From positions 11,989-75,988 of the forward strand of contig JALVVK010000111.1 of NCBI GenBank assembly GCA_027023445.1: a DNA stretch of 64,000 bases, in the 5' to 3' direction. This DNA is from Deltaproteobacteria bacterium. GTDB lineage: Bacteria; Desulfobacterota; Dissulfuribacteria; Dissulfuribacterales; JALVPX01. This document shows, piece by piece, positions 37,983 to 47,874 of this stretch (the first letter of the stretch is position 1; every line of letters starts with the position of its first letter). Below the pieces are notes generated by a model, which worked only from the letters and a program-made list of their open reading frames with translations, did not search any database and was not told the DNA's origin. The translations under genes and the position numbers were made by a program.

Positions 37983-40139
37983 CTAAGCAAAAAGCGCCTC
38001 GCCTGCCACGCGGATAAGAAAGGCCATGATCCAGGCAAGGGTAATAAGGTAACCCACGGAAAAGGCGGCCCATCCAACAGAGCCGGTTTCCCTCCATATG
38101 GCGAGAACGGTCACGATGCATGGGACGTACATCAGGACAAAAACCATGAAGCCATAGGCTGTCACCGGGGTCAATCCGCTGTTTTTCAGCGCGTTTCTAA
38201 GGTTACTGTTGTTGACCTGCGCCTCTCCTGCCTGGTAGAGTACGCCCAGGGTACTGACTACCACCTCCTTGGCCACAAAACCCGCTACCAGGCTTACCCC
38301 GAGTTTCCAGTCGAAACCAAGCGGTGAGAGCGCGGGCTCCATGAATTTCCCTATCCGGCCTATGTAGCTTGATGCAAGCCTTTCCTGCTCCTTTGATCTT
38401 TCAAGGGAATGAAGCTGATTTTCCAGCATATGTATCTGTGTTGCATTCCCGTCTGCCCTGGCATGTTGAATGCTGGCCCGTACCTGTGCGATTTCCCCTT
38501 CATAATCCTGGGTGTAGGGCACCTGCCTGGGGAAGGCCCCTAAAAACCATATGATTATGGAAAAGATAAGCACAATTCCGCCCATTTTTTGAAGATAGAC
38601 TTTTGTCTTGTCCCACATGTGTATGATCATACTTTTCAGGGTGGGCATCCGATATGGGGGCAATTCCATGACAAATGGGGCGGCCTCTCCCTTGAAAAGA
38701 GTTCTTTTAAAGACCTGTCCTACAAGGATGGCGGTTATGATTCCCATAAGGTAGAGGCTGAATATGACGTTGCCCTCGCGTCCGGGGAAAAATGTTCCTG
38801 CCAGCAGCACATAGACAGGCAGACGGGCTGAACAGCTCATGAGGGGATTGATCAGTATGGTCAGGATGCGGTCCCGTCTGGTTTCAAGGGTGCGGGTCGC
38901 CATGATCGCCGGAACGTTACAGCCAAAACCCATCAAAAGAGGAATAAATGATTTGCCATGTAGGCCCAGGGTATGCATTACACGGTCCATGATAAAGGCG
39001 GCCCTTGCCATGTAGCCCGTATCTTCCAGTATGCTTATACCCAGGAACAGCAGAAGAATATTGGGCAGGAAAACTATAACGCCGCCTACTCCTCCTATGA
39101 TCCCGTCCACGATAAGATTTTTAAAAAGGGTGTCCGGCATGAGGGAACCCACCAGAGAGCCAAGCCAGTTTACACCTGTCTCGATCCATTCAACCGGATA
39201 TGCCCCGAGGGTGAATGTCCCCTGGAACAGCAGGTACATGAAGAGAATAAATACCGGGTAGCCAAGGATGCGGTTGGTCAGTACCTGATCAATGGTATCG
39301 CTGATGGTTTTTTTTGTTGCGGCTGACAGCTTCATGGTTTCTTTGAGGGCGCCCGATATAAAGCCGTACCTGGCCTCGGCAATCACGGTTTCAGGTTCAT
39401 CCTCAAAGATCTCGAAGAGATGCTGCCTGCTCTGTTCAACCTGTTCAAGGATGACATCGGCCGCCGGGGAGCGGCGGATCCTTTTCCTTACATCATGATC
39501 GTTTTCCAGCAGTTTCAGGGCGAACCAGCGGGGATAGTACCGTCCTGTGAGTTCAGGATCCTGTTCCATGGCCTGCCGAACATTTTTTATCTCCTCTTCC
39601 ACCTCTGTACCGTAATTGATATGCACATGCCTGGCGACAGGGTTTTGGTCTCTTGCGACGTCCAGGGCGGTTTCCAGCAGGCGGTCCAACCCTTCTCCCC
39701 TTGTTGCCACGGTTTCAACGATGGGGACCCCCAGGAGTGTGGCCAGTTTCTGGTAGTCAACCACCATGCCCCGGGCCTTGGCCATGTCCACCATGTTCAT
39801 GGCGAATACGGGACGGATGTTAAGCTCTATTAGTTGTACGGCAAGGTACAGGTTTCGTTCAAGGTTGGATGCGTCAATCACGTCTATGACTACATCAGGG
39901 CGCTCCTCCAGTATGAAATCCCTGGCTACTATTTCCTCCACGGAATAGGCGGTTATGGAATAAATCCCGGGAAGGTCCACTATACGCAGTGTTTTCCCTT
40001 TGAAGGTGCAGGAGCCCTCCTTCTTTTCAACGGTGACGCCGGGCCAGTTGCCAACCTTCTGCCTGGCCCCCGTGAGGTGGTTGAATATGGTTGTTTTGCC
40101 CGCGTTAGGATTTCCTGCCAGGGCTATAGTAAAATCCAT
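37983..40139 (-). CDS. feoB: ferrous iron transporter FeoB
   Basis: GNPNAGKTT G1, DLPG G3, large C-terminal polytopic domain; no feoA seen adjacent. Confidence 0.95.
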   Translation of the reverse strand: MDFTIALAGNPNAGKTTIFNHLTGARQKVGNWPGVTVEKKEGSCTFKGKTLRIVDLPGIYSITAYSVEEIVARDFILEERPDVVIDVIDASNLERNLYLAVQLIELNIRPVFAMNMVDMAKARGMVVDYQKLATLLGVPIVETVATRGEGLDRLLETALDVARDQNPVARHVHINYGTEVEEEIKNVRQAMEQDPELTGRYYPRWFALKLLENDHDVRKRIRRSPAADVILEQVEQSRQHLFEIFEDEPETVIAEARYGFISGALKETMKLSAATKKTISDTIDQVLTNRILGYPVFILFMYLLFQGTFTLGAYPVEWIETGVNWLGSLVGSLMPDTLFKNLIVDGIIGGVGGVIVFLPNILLLFLGISILEDTGYMARAAFIMDRVMHTLGLHGKSFIPLLMGFGCNVPAIMATRTLETRRDRILTILINPLMSCSARLPVYVLLAGTFFPGREGNVIFSLYLMGIITAILVGQVFKRTLFKGEAAPFVMELPPYRMPTLKSMIIHMWDKTKVYLQKMGGIVLIFSIIIWFLGAFPRQVPYTQDYEGEIAQVRASIQHARADGNATQIHMLENQLHSLERSKEQERLASSYIGRIGKFMEPALSPLGFDWKLGVSLVAGFVAKEVVVSTLGVLYQAGEAQVNNSNLRNALKNSGLTPVTAYGFMVFVLMYVPCIVTVLAIWRETGSVGWAAFSVGYLITLAWIMAFLIRVAGEALFA

Positions 40140-40222
40140 GAATTACCTCTTGCTCCATATAACATTTGAGCCTAACCGGTCACAGGGTAACACATGTAGG
40201 CCTGTGTAACTGCCCGCACCCA

Positions 40223-40642
40223 TCACCCGGCCCTGAAGGGTTCGCCCATGCGAAAGGCGGTGGCCTTGAGGATCGCCACCTTTTTTGATTCAGAATTTGT
40301 AACCTTTATTATGTAAAGCCCTGTGCGTTTTCCGATTTTTTCCTCCTCCGCCCTGGCCACCAGACGATCTCCGGGCACGCAGGGTCTGAGATAGCTGATG
40401 GACACATCGAGCGCGAGCGCCATGGTGCCATGGCTGTTACATGCAAGGGCAAAGGCGACATCAGCAAGGGAAAAAATCACCCCTCCGTGACAGAAGCCCG
40501 CGGCATTAAGATGTTCCGGCCTGACCTCCATGCTAACGGCGGCCCGCCCTATGGTTACCTCGAGGATTTCCATGCCGAACTGGTGGATAAGCATGTCCTT
40601 TTCTTCAATGTAGTGTTTAACCTGATCTATATCAAAGTTCAT
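40223..40642 (-). CDS. PaaI-family hotdog-fold thioesterase
   Basis: ~139 aa; NAAGFCHGGVIFSLAD motif typical of PaaI/YdiI-type thioesterases. Confidence 0.8.
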   Translation of the reverse strand: MNFDIDQVKHYIEEKDMLIHQFGMEILEVTIGRAAVSMEVRPEHLNAAGFCHGGVIFSLADVAFALACNSHGTMALALDVSISYLRPCVPGDRLVARAEEEKIGKRTGLYIIKVTNSESKKVAILKATAFRMGEPFRAG

Positions 40643-40746
40643 TTGCAGAGCCTCTATCCATAACTGTATTTTTTAAATTCAGCATCCGCTTTATTTTTAT
40701 AGGTGGCTGGAGGAAACAAACATACGCCTGCCGGCGTGCCCGGAAG

Positions 40747-41286
40747 TCAGGTGGCAACGCCTTTAAGGTGGCCGGGTTCCGGGTTGATCCTTCTCCATTT
40801 CCACATGAAACGGCCTTTCATGTCCTCAGGAACAAAGTTGCCAAGGATTTTTGCCACGCGGACCAGCCTGGGATACAGAAGTGAGTCCTTTAGTAAAGGG
40901 CTGTTGCCAGGCAGCAGCACGGTCAGCAGAAACGCCAGCGCGCCCGCGAGGACCAGGCCCTTGACCAGTCCTATAACGGCTCCCATGAGCCGGTCCACCC
41001 AGCCCAGCTTGACGCTTCTCAGAAATCTGTTTACGAACATGCCTGTGAGAACAAAGGCAAGATAGATTATTATGAACATTAGGAAAAAGGCTGCCAGCGG
41101 CCTCCACAGGGGGTCATGAATAAATGGAGAGAGACGCAGGGCAAGGGAGGGGAAATAGTGGACAGCCACCCACAGGCCGAGAAACACGCCAAGAAGCGTG
41201 GAAAATGTTCTGGAGAAACCTGTCCAGATGCCTCTTGCAATGGTTAATATGAGTATCAGGCCCAGGATGATGTCAAGCCTGTTCAT
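40747..41286 (-). CDS. cvpA: CvpA family membrane protein
   Basis: MNRLDIILGLILILTIARG N-terminus, 4 TM segments; start set at internal ATG (longest ORF reaches 41322). Confidence 0.75.
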   Translation of the reverse strand: MNRLDIILGLILILTIARGIWTGFSRTFSTLLGVFLGLWVAVHYFPSLALRLSPFIHDPLWRPLAAFFLMFIIIYLAFVLTGMFVNRFLRSVKLGWVDRLMGAVIGLVKGLVLAGALAFLLTVLLPGNSPLLKDSLLYPRLVRVAKILGNFVPEDMKGRFMWKWRRINPEPGHLKGVAT

Positions 41287-41454
41287 GTGTAACCCACTGA
41301 AATTAAGCCATGAAAAATCCATTTGCAGTTTTTCCTCACAGGTGCCTGGTTATATGGCAAAAGCTAACGCAAAGGGGATGGACCTGCGGAGACATCCTTT
41401 GATGCCGTACGCCTTTAAGGGCGTTGCCCGGATCCAGCCGCCGGGTTAAAAATA

Positions 41455-42138
41455 TTATGCTTGAAGCGCCTTTTCCGCAAGGGCGGTTGCCTGATTGAGG
41501 GCGTTCTGCAGTCTTTCCCTGTAGTTGGCCAGTACGGACCCTCTGGTTCCTTCAGGGATGAACAGCGGTTTTCCGCATGCCAGTACCACCCTTGAAAAGG
41601 GAAGTGGGAGGATAGTCCTGTCCCAACTGTTGAAACGGTACGCCGGGCTTGACGCAAAACCCAGGGGAACCAGCGGGGCGCCGGTATCTCTCGCGAGGAC
41701 CACGGGCCCGTTCTGGGCGATCCCGGCAGGACCCCTGGATCCATCCGCTACAATTCCGGCATTATAACCATACTTTCTTACCATTTCCCCCATTTTTTTT
41801 ATCGCGGCAAGCCCGCCCTTGTGTTTTGAACCCCTCATTGGTATCTGGCCCCAGTGGGAAAGGGCTCTTGCGACCCATTCACCATCCCTGCTGCCGCTTA
41901 CCATGACCACGGCCTGGTGCATTTTGAATCTATACAGGGTATAAATAAGGCTTGAGTGCCAAATAGCCGTTATGACGGGACGGCCTGAATCAAAAAAAGG
42001 GTACAGGTTATCCCCGCCCAGGCACCTGAATCTGCAGGTGCCGAGCCACAGGTCCACAAAGGCCAGGAGTATTTTCTCCAACAGTCCGGGGCGTGTGGTT
42101 TTGCCGGGCCGGGTTGAGTTTAACTCTCGCACATCCAT
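41455..42138 (-). CDS. DUF374-type lysophospholipid acyltransferase family protein
   Basis: AIWHS..., SGSRDGEW, ADGSRGP motifs; start set at MDVRELN because the longest ORF would overlap the divergent xseB. Confidence 0.65.
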   Translation of the reverse strand: MDVRELNSTRPGKTTRPGLLEKILLAFVDLWLGTCRFRCLGGDNLYPFFDSGRPVITAIWHSSLIYTLYRFKMHQAVVMVSGSRDGEWVARALSHWGQIPMRGSKHKGGLAAIKKMGEMVRKYGYNAGIVADGSRGPAGIAQNGPVVLARDTGAPLVPLGFASSPAYRFNSWDRTILPLPFSRVVLACGKPLFIPEGTRGSVLANYRERLQNALNQATALAEKALQA

Positions 42139-42219
42139 GGCCCATGAGGTAACATGGAGAATACGGGTCTTCAAGGCTGAAAGGCCCCTTTTAAAACCTG
42201 CCAAAGGCCGGTGACGGAC

Positions 42220-42465
42220 ATGCCAGAAGAAAAAATTACCTTTGAAGCGGCGCTGGAACACCTTGAAAATATAGTTAAACAGCTTGAAAAGGACGAGCTT
42301 TCCCTGGAACAGGCCCTGGAGGCCTTTGAGAAGGGAATCAGGCTTTCAAGGTTTTGCAGCAGGTGCCTGGATGAGGCGGAAAAACGAATTGAGCAGCTTA
42401 CAATGTCAGATGACGGAAGACCAGAGCTGAAACCCTGGGAAAAGGAAGAAGATGAAGACCTTTGA
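42220..42465 (+). CDS. xseB: exodeoxyribonuclease VII small subunit
   Basis: FEAALEHLENIVKQLE..LSLEQAL..FEKGI pattern; xseB-ispA-dxs synteny. Confidence 0.85.
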   Translation: MPEEKITFEAALEHLENIVKQLEKDELSLEQALEAFEKGIRLSRFCSRCLDEAEKRIEQLTMSDDGRPELKPWEKEEDEDL

Positions 42466-43351
42466 CCTCATGACATACATTGAGGCGAAGAGGGCGCGGG
42501 TGGATGCCGCGCTGGAAGAGTTGCTCCCGTTGACAGATGGTCCCTCCCTGCCGGTCTTTCAGGCAATGAGATACAGCGTCATGGCAGGTGGCAAGCGGGT
42601 CCGTCCCATTCTCCTCATGGCCGGGGCAGAGGCGGTGGGCGGAGATCCTGGTCCCCTGATGCCCTTTGCCTGCGCCATTGAATGCGTGCACACATATTCC
42701 CTGATCCACGACGATCTCCCCGCCATGGATGACGATGACCTGCGGAGGGGCAGGCCCACGTGTCACAAGGCCTATGGAGAGGCCGTTGCCATACTGGCAG
42801 GAGACGGCCTCCTGACCCTTGCCTTTGAATTAATCATGAACCCTGCCCACATGAAGAAAATTCCGCCCGATGCATTCAGGCTTGCTGTGTACAGACTTGC
42901 AAGGGCTGCCGGGGTCCACGGCATGGTGGGAGGACAGACTGCGGACATCCTTATGGAAAACAGGGAAATCGATGGCGAAACCCTGTCCTATATCCATACC
43001 CGCAAGACAGGCGCTCTTATATCGGCGTGTGTTGAAATTGGCGCGATCCTTGGTGGAGGGCAAAGGGAGCAGGTGGAGGCGCTTGTCCGGTACGGAGACG
43101 CGCTTGGGCTTGCCTTTCAGGTAAAAGATGACCTCCTGGATGTTGAAGGTGACCCGCGGATCACAGGAAAGTCCTCGGGTTCTGACGAGAAGAGTCACAA
43201 GGCCACGTATCCCGCTCTTTACGGGATTGAAAACACCAGGCAAAGGGCACGGGATCTCCTGGATCAGGCGCTGTTGTCACTGAGAGACTTTGACCACCTT
43301 GCCGATCCACTCAGGGCCATTGCCTCCTTTGTGGTTGAAAGAGAATATTAA
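42452..43351 (+). CDS. ispA: (2E,6E)-farnesyl/geranylgeranyl diphosphate synthase
   Basis: LIHDDLPAMDDDDLRRG (first Asp-rich motif) and FQVKDDLLD (second). Confidence 0.9.
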   Translation: MKTFDLMTYIEAKRARVDAALEELLPLTDGPSLPVFQAMRYSVMAGGKRVRPILLMAGAEAVGGDPGPLMPFACAIECVHTYSLIHDDLPAMDDDDLRRGRPTCHKAYGEAVAILAGDGLLTLAFELIMNPAHMKKIPPDAFRLAVYRLARAAGVHGMVGGQTADILMENREIDGETLSYIHTRKTGALISACVEIGAILGGGQREQVEALVRYGDALGLAFQVKDDLLDVEGDPRITGKSSGSDEKSHKATYPALYGIENTRQRARDLLDQALLSLRDFDHLADPLRAIASFVVEREY

Positions 43352-43368
43352 AAGAGGTCATATGCCAC

Positions 43369-45288
43369 ATGTCTAACCTCCTTGAATCCATAAAATCTCC
43401 GGATGATCTCAAGAAACTCAAATCGAAAAAACTTCCGGCCCTTGCCTCGGAAATACGGAAAAAGATAGTGGAAACGGTTTCTGAGACAGGTGGGCATCTT
43501 GCCCCGAGCCTTGGCGTGGTGGAGCTTACCATTGCCCTGCATTATGTCTTTGATGCCCCTAAGGACAAAATAATATGGGATGTGGGGCACCAGGCATACG
43601 CCCATAAACTGCTCACCGGCAGGGCCGACCGCTTTGGTACCCTCAGAAAGCATGAGGGCATCAGCGGATTTCCAAAGAGGAAAGAAAGCCCCTATGACGC
43701 CCTGGACACGGGGCACAGCAGTACCTCCATTTCCGCCGCCCTTGGCATGACCACCGCCCTTGATATCCAGGGCAGGGATGGAAAGGTGGTTGCTGTGATT
43801 GGGGACGGTTCCATGACAGCGGGCCTTGCCTTTGAGGCGCTCAACAACGCGGGTCATCTGCGAAAGGATCTTATCGTTATTCTCAACGACAACGAAATGT
43901 CCATCTCTCCCAATGTGGGGGCGCTGTCCTCGTTTCTCAGCAGGAAGCTTACAAGCCATTTTGTCACAAGGTTCAAGACAGAGCTGGAATCCTTTCTGAA
44001 ACGTTCAGGTGTGGGTGAGAATATATGGGCCATGCTGAAAAGGAGCGAGGATTCCCTGAAAAGCTTTTTTACCCCCGGGATGCTTTTCGAGGCCCTTCAG
44101 TTTGAGTATGTGGGGCCTCTTCCCGGACATCACATCGGCACACTGATTGACACCCTTAAAAACGTCAAGAAAATCCCCGGTCCGGTGCTGGTTCACGTGC
44201 TGACCCAAAAGGGCAGGGGATATCTGCCGGCGGAAAAAAATCCTTCAAAGTTCCATGGCGTCGGCCCCTTTGACATGAAGACCGGGAAGGTAAGGAAAAG
44301 GGCGGCCAGCAGTCCCCCGTCATACACAGAGATTTTCAGCCAGACCCTTGTGCGGCTTGCGCAGGATGACCACAGAATAGTAGCCATAACGGCCGCCATG
44401 CCTGCCGGAACCGGCCTCCAGGCCTTTCAGAAATACCTTCCGGAACGGTTTTTTGACGTTGGTATTGCCGAACAGCACGCGGTTACCTTTGCCGCGGGTC
44501 TTGCGCTTGAGGGGCTGAGACCGGTGGTCGCCATATACTCAACCTTTCTCCAGCGGGCCTATGACCAGATCATACACGATGTCTGCCTCACGGCCCAGCC
44601 CGTGGTCTTTGCCATAGACAGGGGCGGCCTTGTAGGGGATGATGGACCAACCCACCACGGGGCATTTGATCTTTCCTTCCTGAGGGCAGTGCCCAACATG
44701 GTTATCATGTCTCCAAAGGATGAAAACGAGCTGCAGCATATGCTCTATACCGCCCTTAAACATGAAGGCCCCGTGGCCCTGCGCTATCCCAGGGGGTCCG
44801 GTGTGGGAGTCAGTCTGGACTGGAAGCTGGAACAGCTGCCCATTGGCAGGGGGGCTGTGGAGAGGGAAGGCAGGGACATTTCTCTGATAGCCATAGGCCC
44901 TCATGTCCATACAGCACTTAAAGCGGCGGAAAAGCTGTCGCAACAGGGGGTCGAGGCTGCTGTCATAAACGCAAGGTTCGCAAAGCCGCTTGATGAAAAT
45001 CTGATCATTGATTCAGCGCAGAAAGCAGGGCATGTCATCACCATTGAGGAAAACGCCCTTGCGGGGGGATTCGGCTCGGCTGTCCTTGAGTGTCTGAATG
45101 ACCATGACGTTGCCGGGGTGAAGGTCAGGCGGCTGGGGCTTCAGGATCAATTCATTGAACATGGCAGCCAGACCATTCTCAGGAAAAAACAGGGACTGGA
45201 TATTGATAATCTTGTCGAGACGGCCAGGAAACTTCTGGATTTGCCGGAATCAGGGAAGAAATTATTCAAGCTGGGAAGAAAGTCCTGA
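43369..45288 (+). CDS. dxs: 1-deoxy-D-xylulose-5-phosphate synthase
   Basis: GGHLAPSLG, GHSSTSISAALGM, GDGSMTAG TPP motif, transketolase C-terminal domains. Confidence 0.95.
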   Translation: MSNLLESIKSPDDLKKLKSKKLPALASEIRKKIVETVSETGGHLAPSLGVVELTIALHYVFDAPKDKIIWDVGHQAYAHKLLTGRADRFGTLRKHEGISGFPKRKESPYDALDTGHSSTSISAALGMTTALDIQGRDGKVVAVIGDGSMTAGLAFEALNNAGHLRKDLIVILNDNEMSISPNVGALSSFLSRKLTSHFVTRFKTELESFLKRSGVGENIWAMLKRSEDSLKSFFTPGMLFEALQFEYVGPLPGHHIGTLIDTLKNVKKIPGPVLVHVLTQKGRGYLPAEKNPSKFHGVGPFDMKTGKVRKRAASSPPSYTEIFSQTLVRLAQDDHRIVAITAAMPAGTGLQAFQKYLPERFFDVGIAEQHAVTFAAGLALEGLRPVVAIYSTFLQRAYDQIIHDVCLTAQPVVFAIDRGGLVGDDGPTHHGAFDLSFLRAVPNMVIMSPKDENELQHMLYTALKHEGPVALRYPRGSGVGVSLDWKLEQLPIGRGAVEREGRDISLIAIGPHVHTALKAAEKLSQQGVEAAVINARFAKPLDENLIIDSAQKAGHVITIEENALAGGFGSAVLECLNDHDVAGVKVRRLGLQDQFIEHGSQTILRKKQGLDIDNLVETARKLLDLPESGKKLFKLGRKS

Positions 45289-45302
45289 GGTAGTCCCCGG
45301 TT

Positions 45303-46187
45303 ATGGCATTCCGCGAGAAAAATTTTGACACCTGTTATGAAAAGGGGATCCGCATGCTTGCACGGCCGGTGTGGCCTTTGTGCAACCTGCTGATCCTTCT
45401 TTATCTCGCGGCGGAAAAGGAGGGGCTTGAGGACCTGGCTGCCCGGATGCCCGAAGAGGTGGAGACTCAGGGAATAATATACGAAAAGCCGGCACAGGTT
45501 CTCAAGCCGTATCTGCCTGCCCTGAAAAATATGGAAATTCTCAGGGGGGGAGGGGGCGCATCTCCTGACATGCCTGCTGTATTTTCCACTGAGGGCCAGG
45601 TCCTTGATATGTTTGACAGCCTGGTAGCCTGTACTCAGCAGGCAGTGCTTGAAAGGGAGCTTGAAAAGATCAATTCCCTTCTGTGCGGGCCATGTTCCTG
45701 CACGTTATGCTGTACAGGGCCTGCGCCTGATGCCAGGCAGGAATACTTTGAGATCCCTCTCCTTGAGCATGAGATCCGGCTGTTTGACCTTCCAAGGATT
45801 GACAGTGCCTCTTCCCGTGCATGCGGTCCTGAGGACGACCCGGCGTTTTGTGTTGACGGACATCCCTTTTTTGAACATCCTCCGGCTCTTTATCACTGGT
45901 CTGCCGGCTGGAGCATGATACTTCCCAGGGGGCGCTCGTGTCCGCACCTGCAGGAGGCAGGGACCTGCGGTATTTATCCGGAAAGGCCACGGGTCTGCAG
46001 AAAACCACAGATTTTTCCGGTAGTGGTGGAAAAGCCCTTGCGTGGTGTGAAAGACAGCCGGATGATCAGGCAAAACGCGCTGCTTGCGGTCTGGGACTGT
46101 CCGTATGTGAAGGATTTGAAGGAAAAAATTCTTGACTATGCCGGTATTAATGAACTGAAAATGGTATTCCGGGAAAACAAGGCCTGA
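45303..46187 (+). CDS. YkgJ-like Cys-rich protein with ~120-aa unique N-terminal extension
   Basis: LCGPCSCTLCCTG and SCPHLQEAGTCGIYPERPRVCRKP motifs. Confidence 0.55.
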   Translation: MAFREKNFDTCYEKGIRMLARPVWPLCNLLILLYLAAEKEGLEDLAARMPEEVETQGIIYEKPAQVLKPYLPALKNMEILRGGGGASPDMPAVFSTEGQVLDMFDSLVACTQQAVLERELEKINSLLCGPCSCTLCCTGPAPDARQEYFEIPLLEHEIRLFDLPRIDSASSRACGPEDDPAFCVDGHPFFEHPPALYHWSAGWSMILPRGRSCPHLQEAGTCGIYPERPRVCRKPQIFPVVVEKPLRGVKDSRMIRQNALLAVWDCPYVKDLKEKILDYAGINELKMVFRENKA

Positions 46188-46317
46188 CCTAAACCGGCCG
46201 AGGGATTTGCGTCTTTGCGTGATATTCCGGATTTTTTGCGAAGTCGTTAATTCTGAACCGGGATAAATCCGTTCCGTACGGCATGGAACAAAAAACTTAA
46301 AGGAGTGCCGAATATAA

Positions 46318-47871
46318 ATGGCTGATATACATTCTCAAAGAATATTGATACTTGATTTCGGTTCCCAGACCACCCAGCTCATTGCCAGAAGGGTCAGGGA
46401 GGCAAAGGTATACTGTGAGATCCATCCATTTAATATCTCGCTGAAAGATATTGAAGAGTTTGCTCCAAGAGGTATTATCCTCTCCGGTGGCCCGTCCAGC
46501 GTGTACGATGAAGGTGCTCCTGCGGTCTCCCGCGATCTTTTTGATCTGCCCGTACCCATGCTTGGCATATGTTACGGCATGCAGCTTACCACCCGGACGT
46601 TGGGAGGTAGGGTGGAAAAAAGCACCCACAGGGAATACGGGCCGGCGGATCTTGTAATAGATGAAACGGGGGATCTGTTTCATGGCCTTGCGCCGGCGCC
46701 TGTGAGGCACAAGGTATGGATGAGTCACGGCGACCGCATAGAGGTCCTGCCTCCTGATTTTGTTAAAATCGCCCACAGCGCCTCCTGTCCGGTGGCTGCC
46801 ATGCGCCATGCGGAAAGGCCGATCTACGGGGTCCAGTTTCACCCGGAGGTGGCGCATACCGAGATAGGGACGGAGGTACTTGGAAATTTTCTGTTCAGGG
46901 TTTGCGGGTGCCAGCCCACATGGAACATGCGGTCGTTTATTGAAACGGCCACAGCGGACATAAGGGAAAAGGTCGGCGCGGGCAAGGTCATATGCGCCCT
47001 TTCCGGCGGAGTGGATTCCACGGTAACCGCCCTTCTGATAAACCGGGCCATAGGCAGTCAGCTTACCAGCATATTCGTGAATAACGGCCTTTTAAGAAAA
47101 AATGAGCCTGAAACCGTGCTTGCCTTTCTGAAAGGCATGGGGCTTAACGTCCATTACGTGGATGCCACGGAACGCTTCCTTACTCGGCTCAAGGGCGTGG
47201 ACAACCCTGAGGAAAAACGCAAGATAATCGGCACGGAATTCATCAAGATCTTTGAGGAGGAGGCCGGACGCATAGGGGATGTCAATTTCCTGGCCCAGGG
47301 CACACTCTATCCGGATGTCATAGAAAGCGTATCTTTCAAGGGGCCCTCCGCCACCATCAAAAGCCACCACAATGTGGGAGGACTGCCCGAAATCATGAAA
47401 CTGGACCTCATAGAACCCTTGAGGGAGCTTTTCAAGGACGAGGTAAGGTCAGTGGCCCTGGAACTGGGCATGAATGAAGACCTGGTGTTCCGTCACCCGT
47501 TCCCCGGTCCCGGACTTGCCATCAGGATACTCGGCGATGTTACGGAAGAGCGCCTTGAAATCCTCAGGGAAACTGACGCGATAGTCCTGGAGGAGATGAA
47601 AAAGAGCGGCTGGTACAGGAAGGTGTGGCAGTCATTTGCCGTGCTGCTTCCCATTAGAACCGTGGGTGTGATGGGGGATGAACGCACATACGAACACGTT
47701 GTTGCCATACGCTCGGTGGACAGCCTTGATGCCATGACGGCCGACTGGACCAGGCTTCCCTATGAGATTCTTGCCCGTGTGTCCAACAGGGTCATCAACG
47801 AGGTCAAGGGGGTAAACCGGGTATGCTATGATATAAGCTCAAAACCTCCTGCGACCATTGAGTGGGAATAA
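46318..47871 (+). CDS. guaA: GMP synthase (glutamine-hydrolysing)
   Basis: GATase domain (GICYGMQ), SGGVDS PP-loop, C-terminal dimerisation domain ending IEWE. Confidence 0.95.
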   Translation: MADIHSQRILILDFGSQTTQLIARRVREAKVYCEIHPFNISLKDIEEFAPRGIILSGGPSSVYDEGAPAVSRDLFDLPVPMLGICYGMQLTTRTLGGRVEKSTHREYGPADLVIDETGDLFHGLAPAPVRHKVWMSHGDRIEVLPPDFVKIAHSASCPVAAMRHAERPIYGVQFHPEVAHTEIGTEVLGNFLFRVCGCQPTWNMRSFIETATADIREKVGAGKVICALSGGVDSTVTALLINRAIGSQLTSIFVNNGLLRKNEPETVLAFLKGMGLNVHYVDATERFLTRLKGVDNPEEKRKIIGTEFIKIFEEEAGRIGDVNFLAQGTLYPDVIESVSFKGPSATIKSHHNVGGLPEIMKLDLIEPLRELFKDEVRSVALELGMNEDLVFRHPFPGPGLAIRILGDVTEERLEILRETDAIVLEEMKKSGWYRKVWQSFAVLLPIRTVGVMGDERTYEHVVAIRSVDSLDAMTADWTRLPYEILARVSNRVINEVKGVNRVCYDISSKPPATIEWE

Positions 47872-47874
47872 GGC

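Noticed and set aside
46226-46267. Another mini MITE-2 derivative upstream of guaA (TCCGGATT ... AACCGGG followed by ATAAA)
   Set aside because: Similarity to the TIRs is limited to 6-7 nt and there is no flanking duplication. This is too weak to call.
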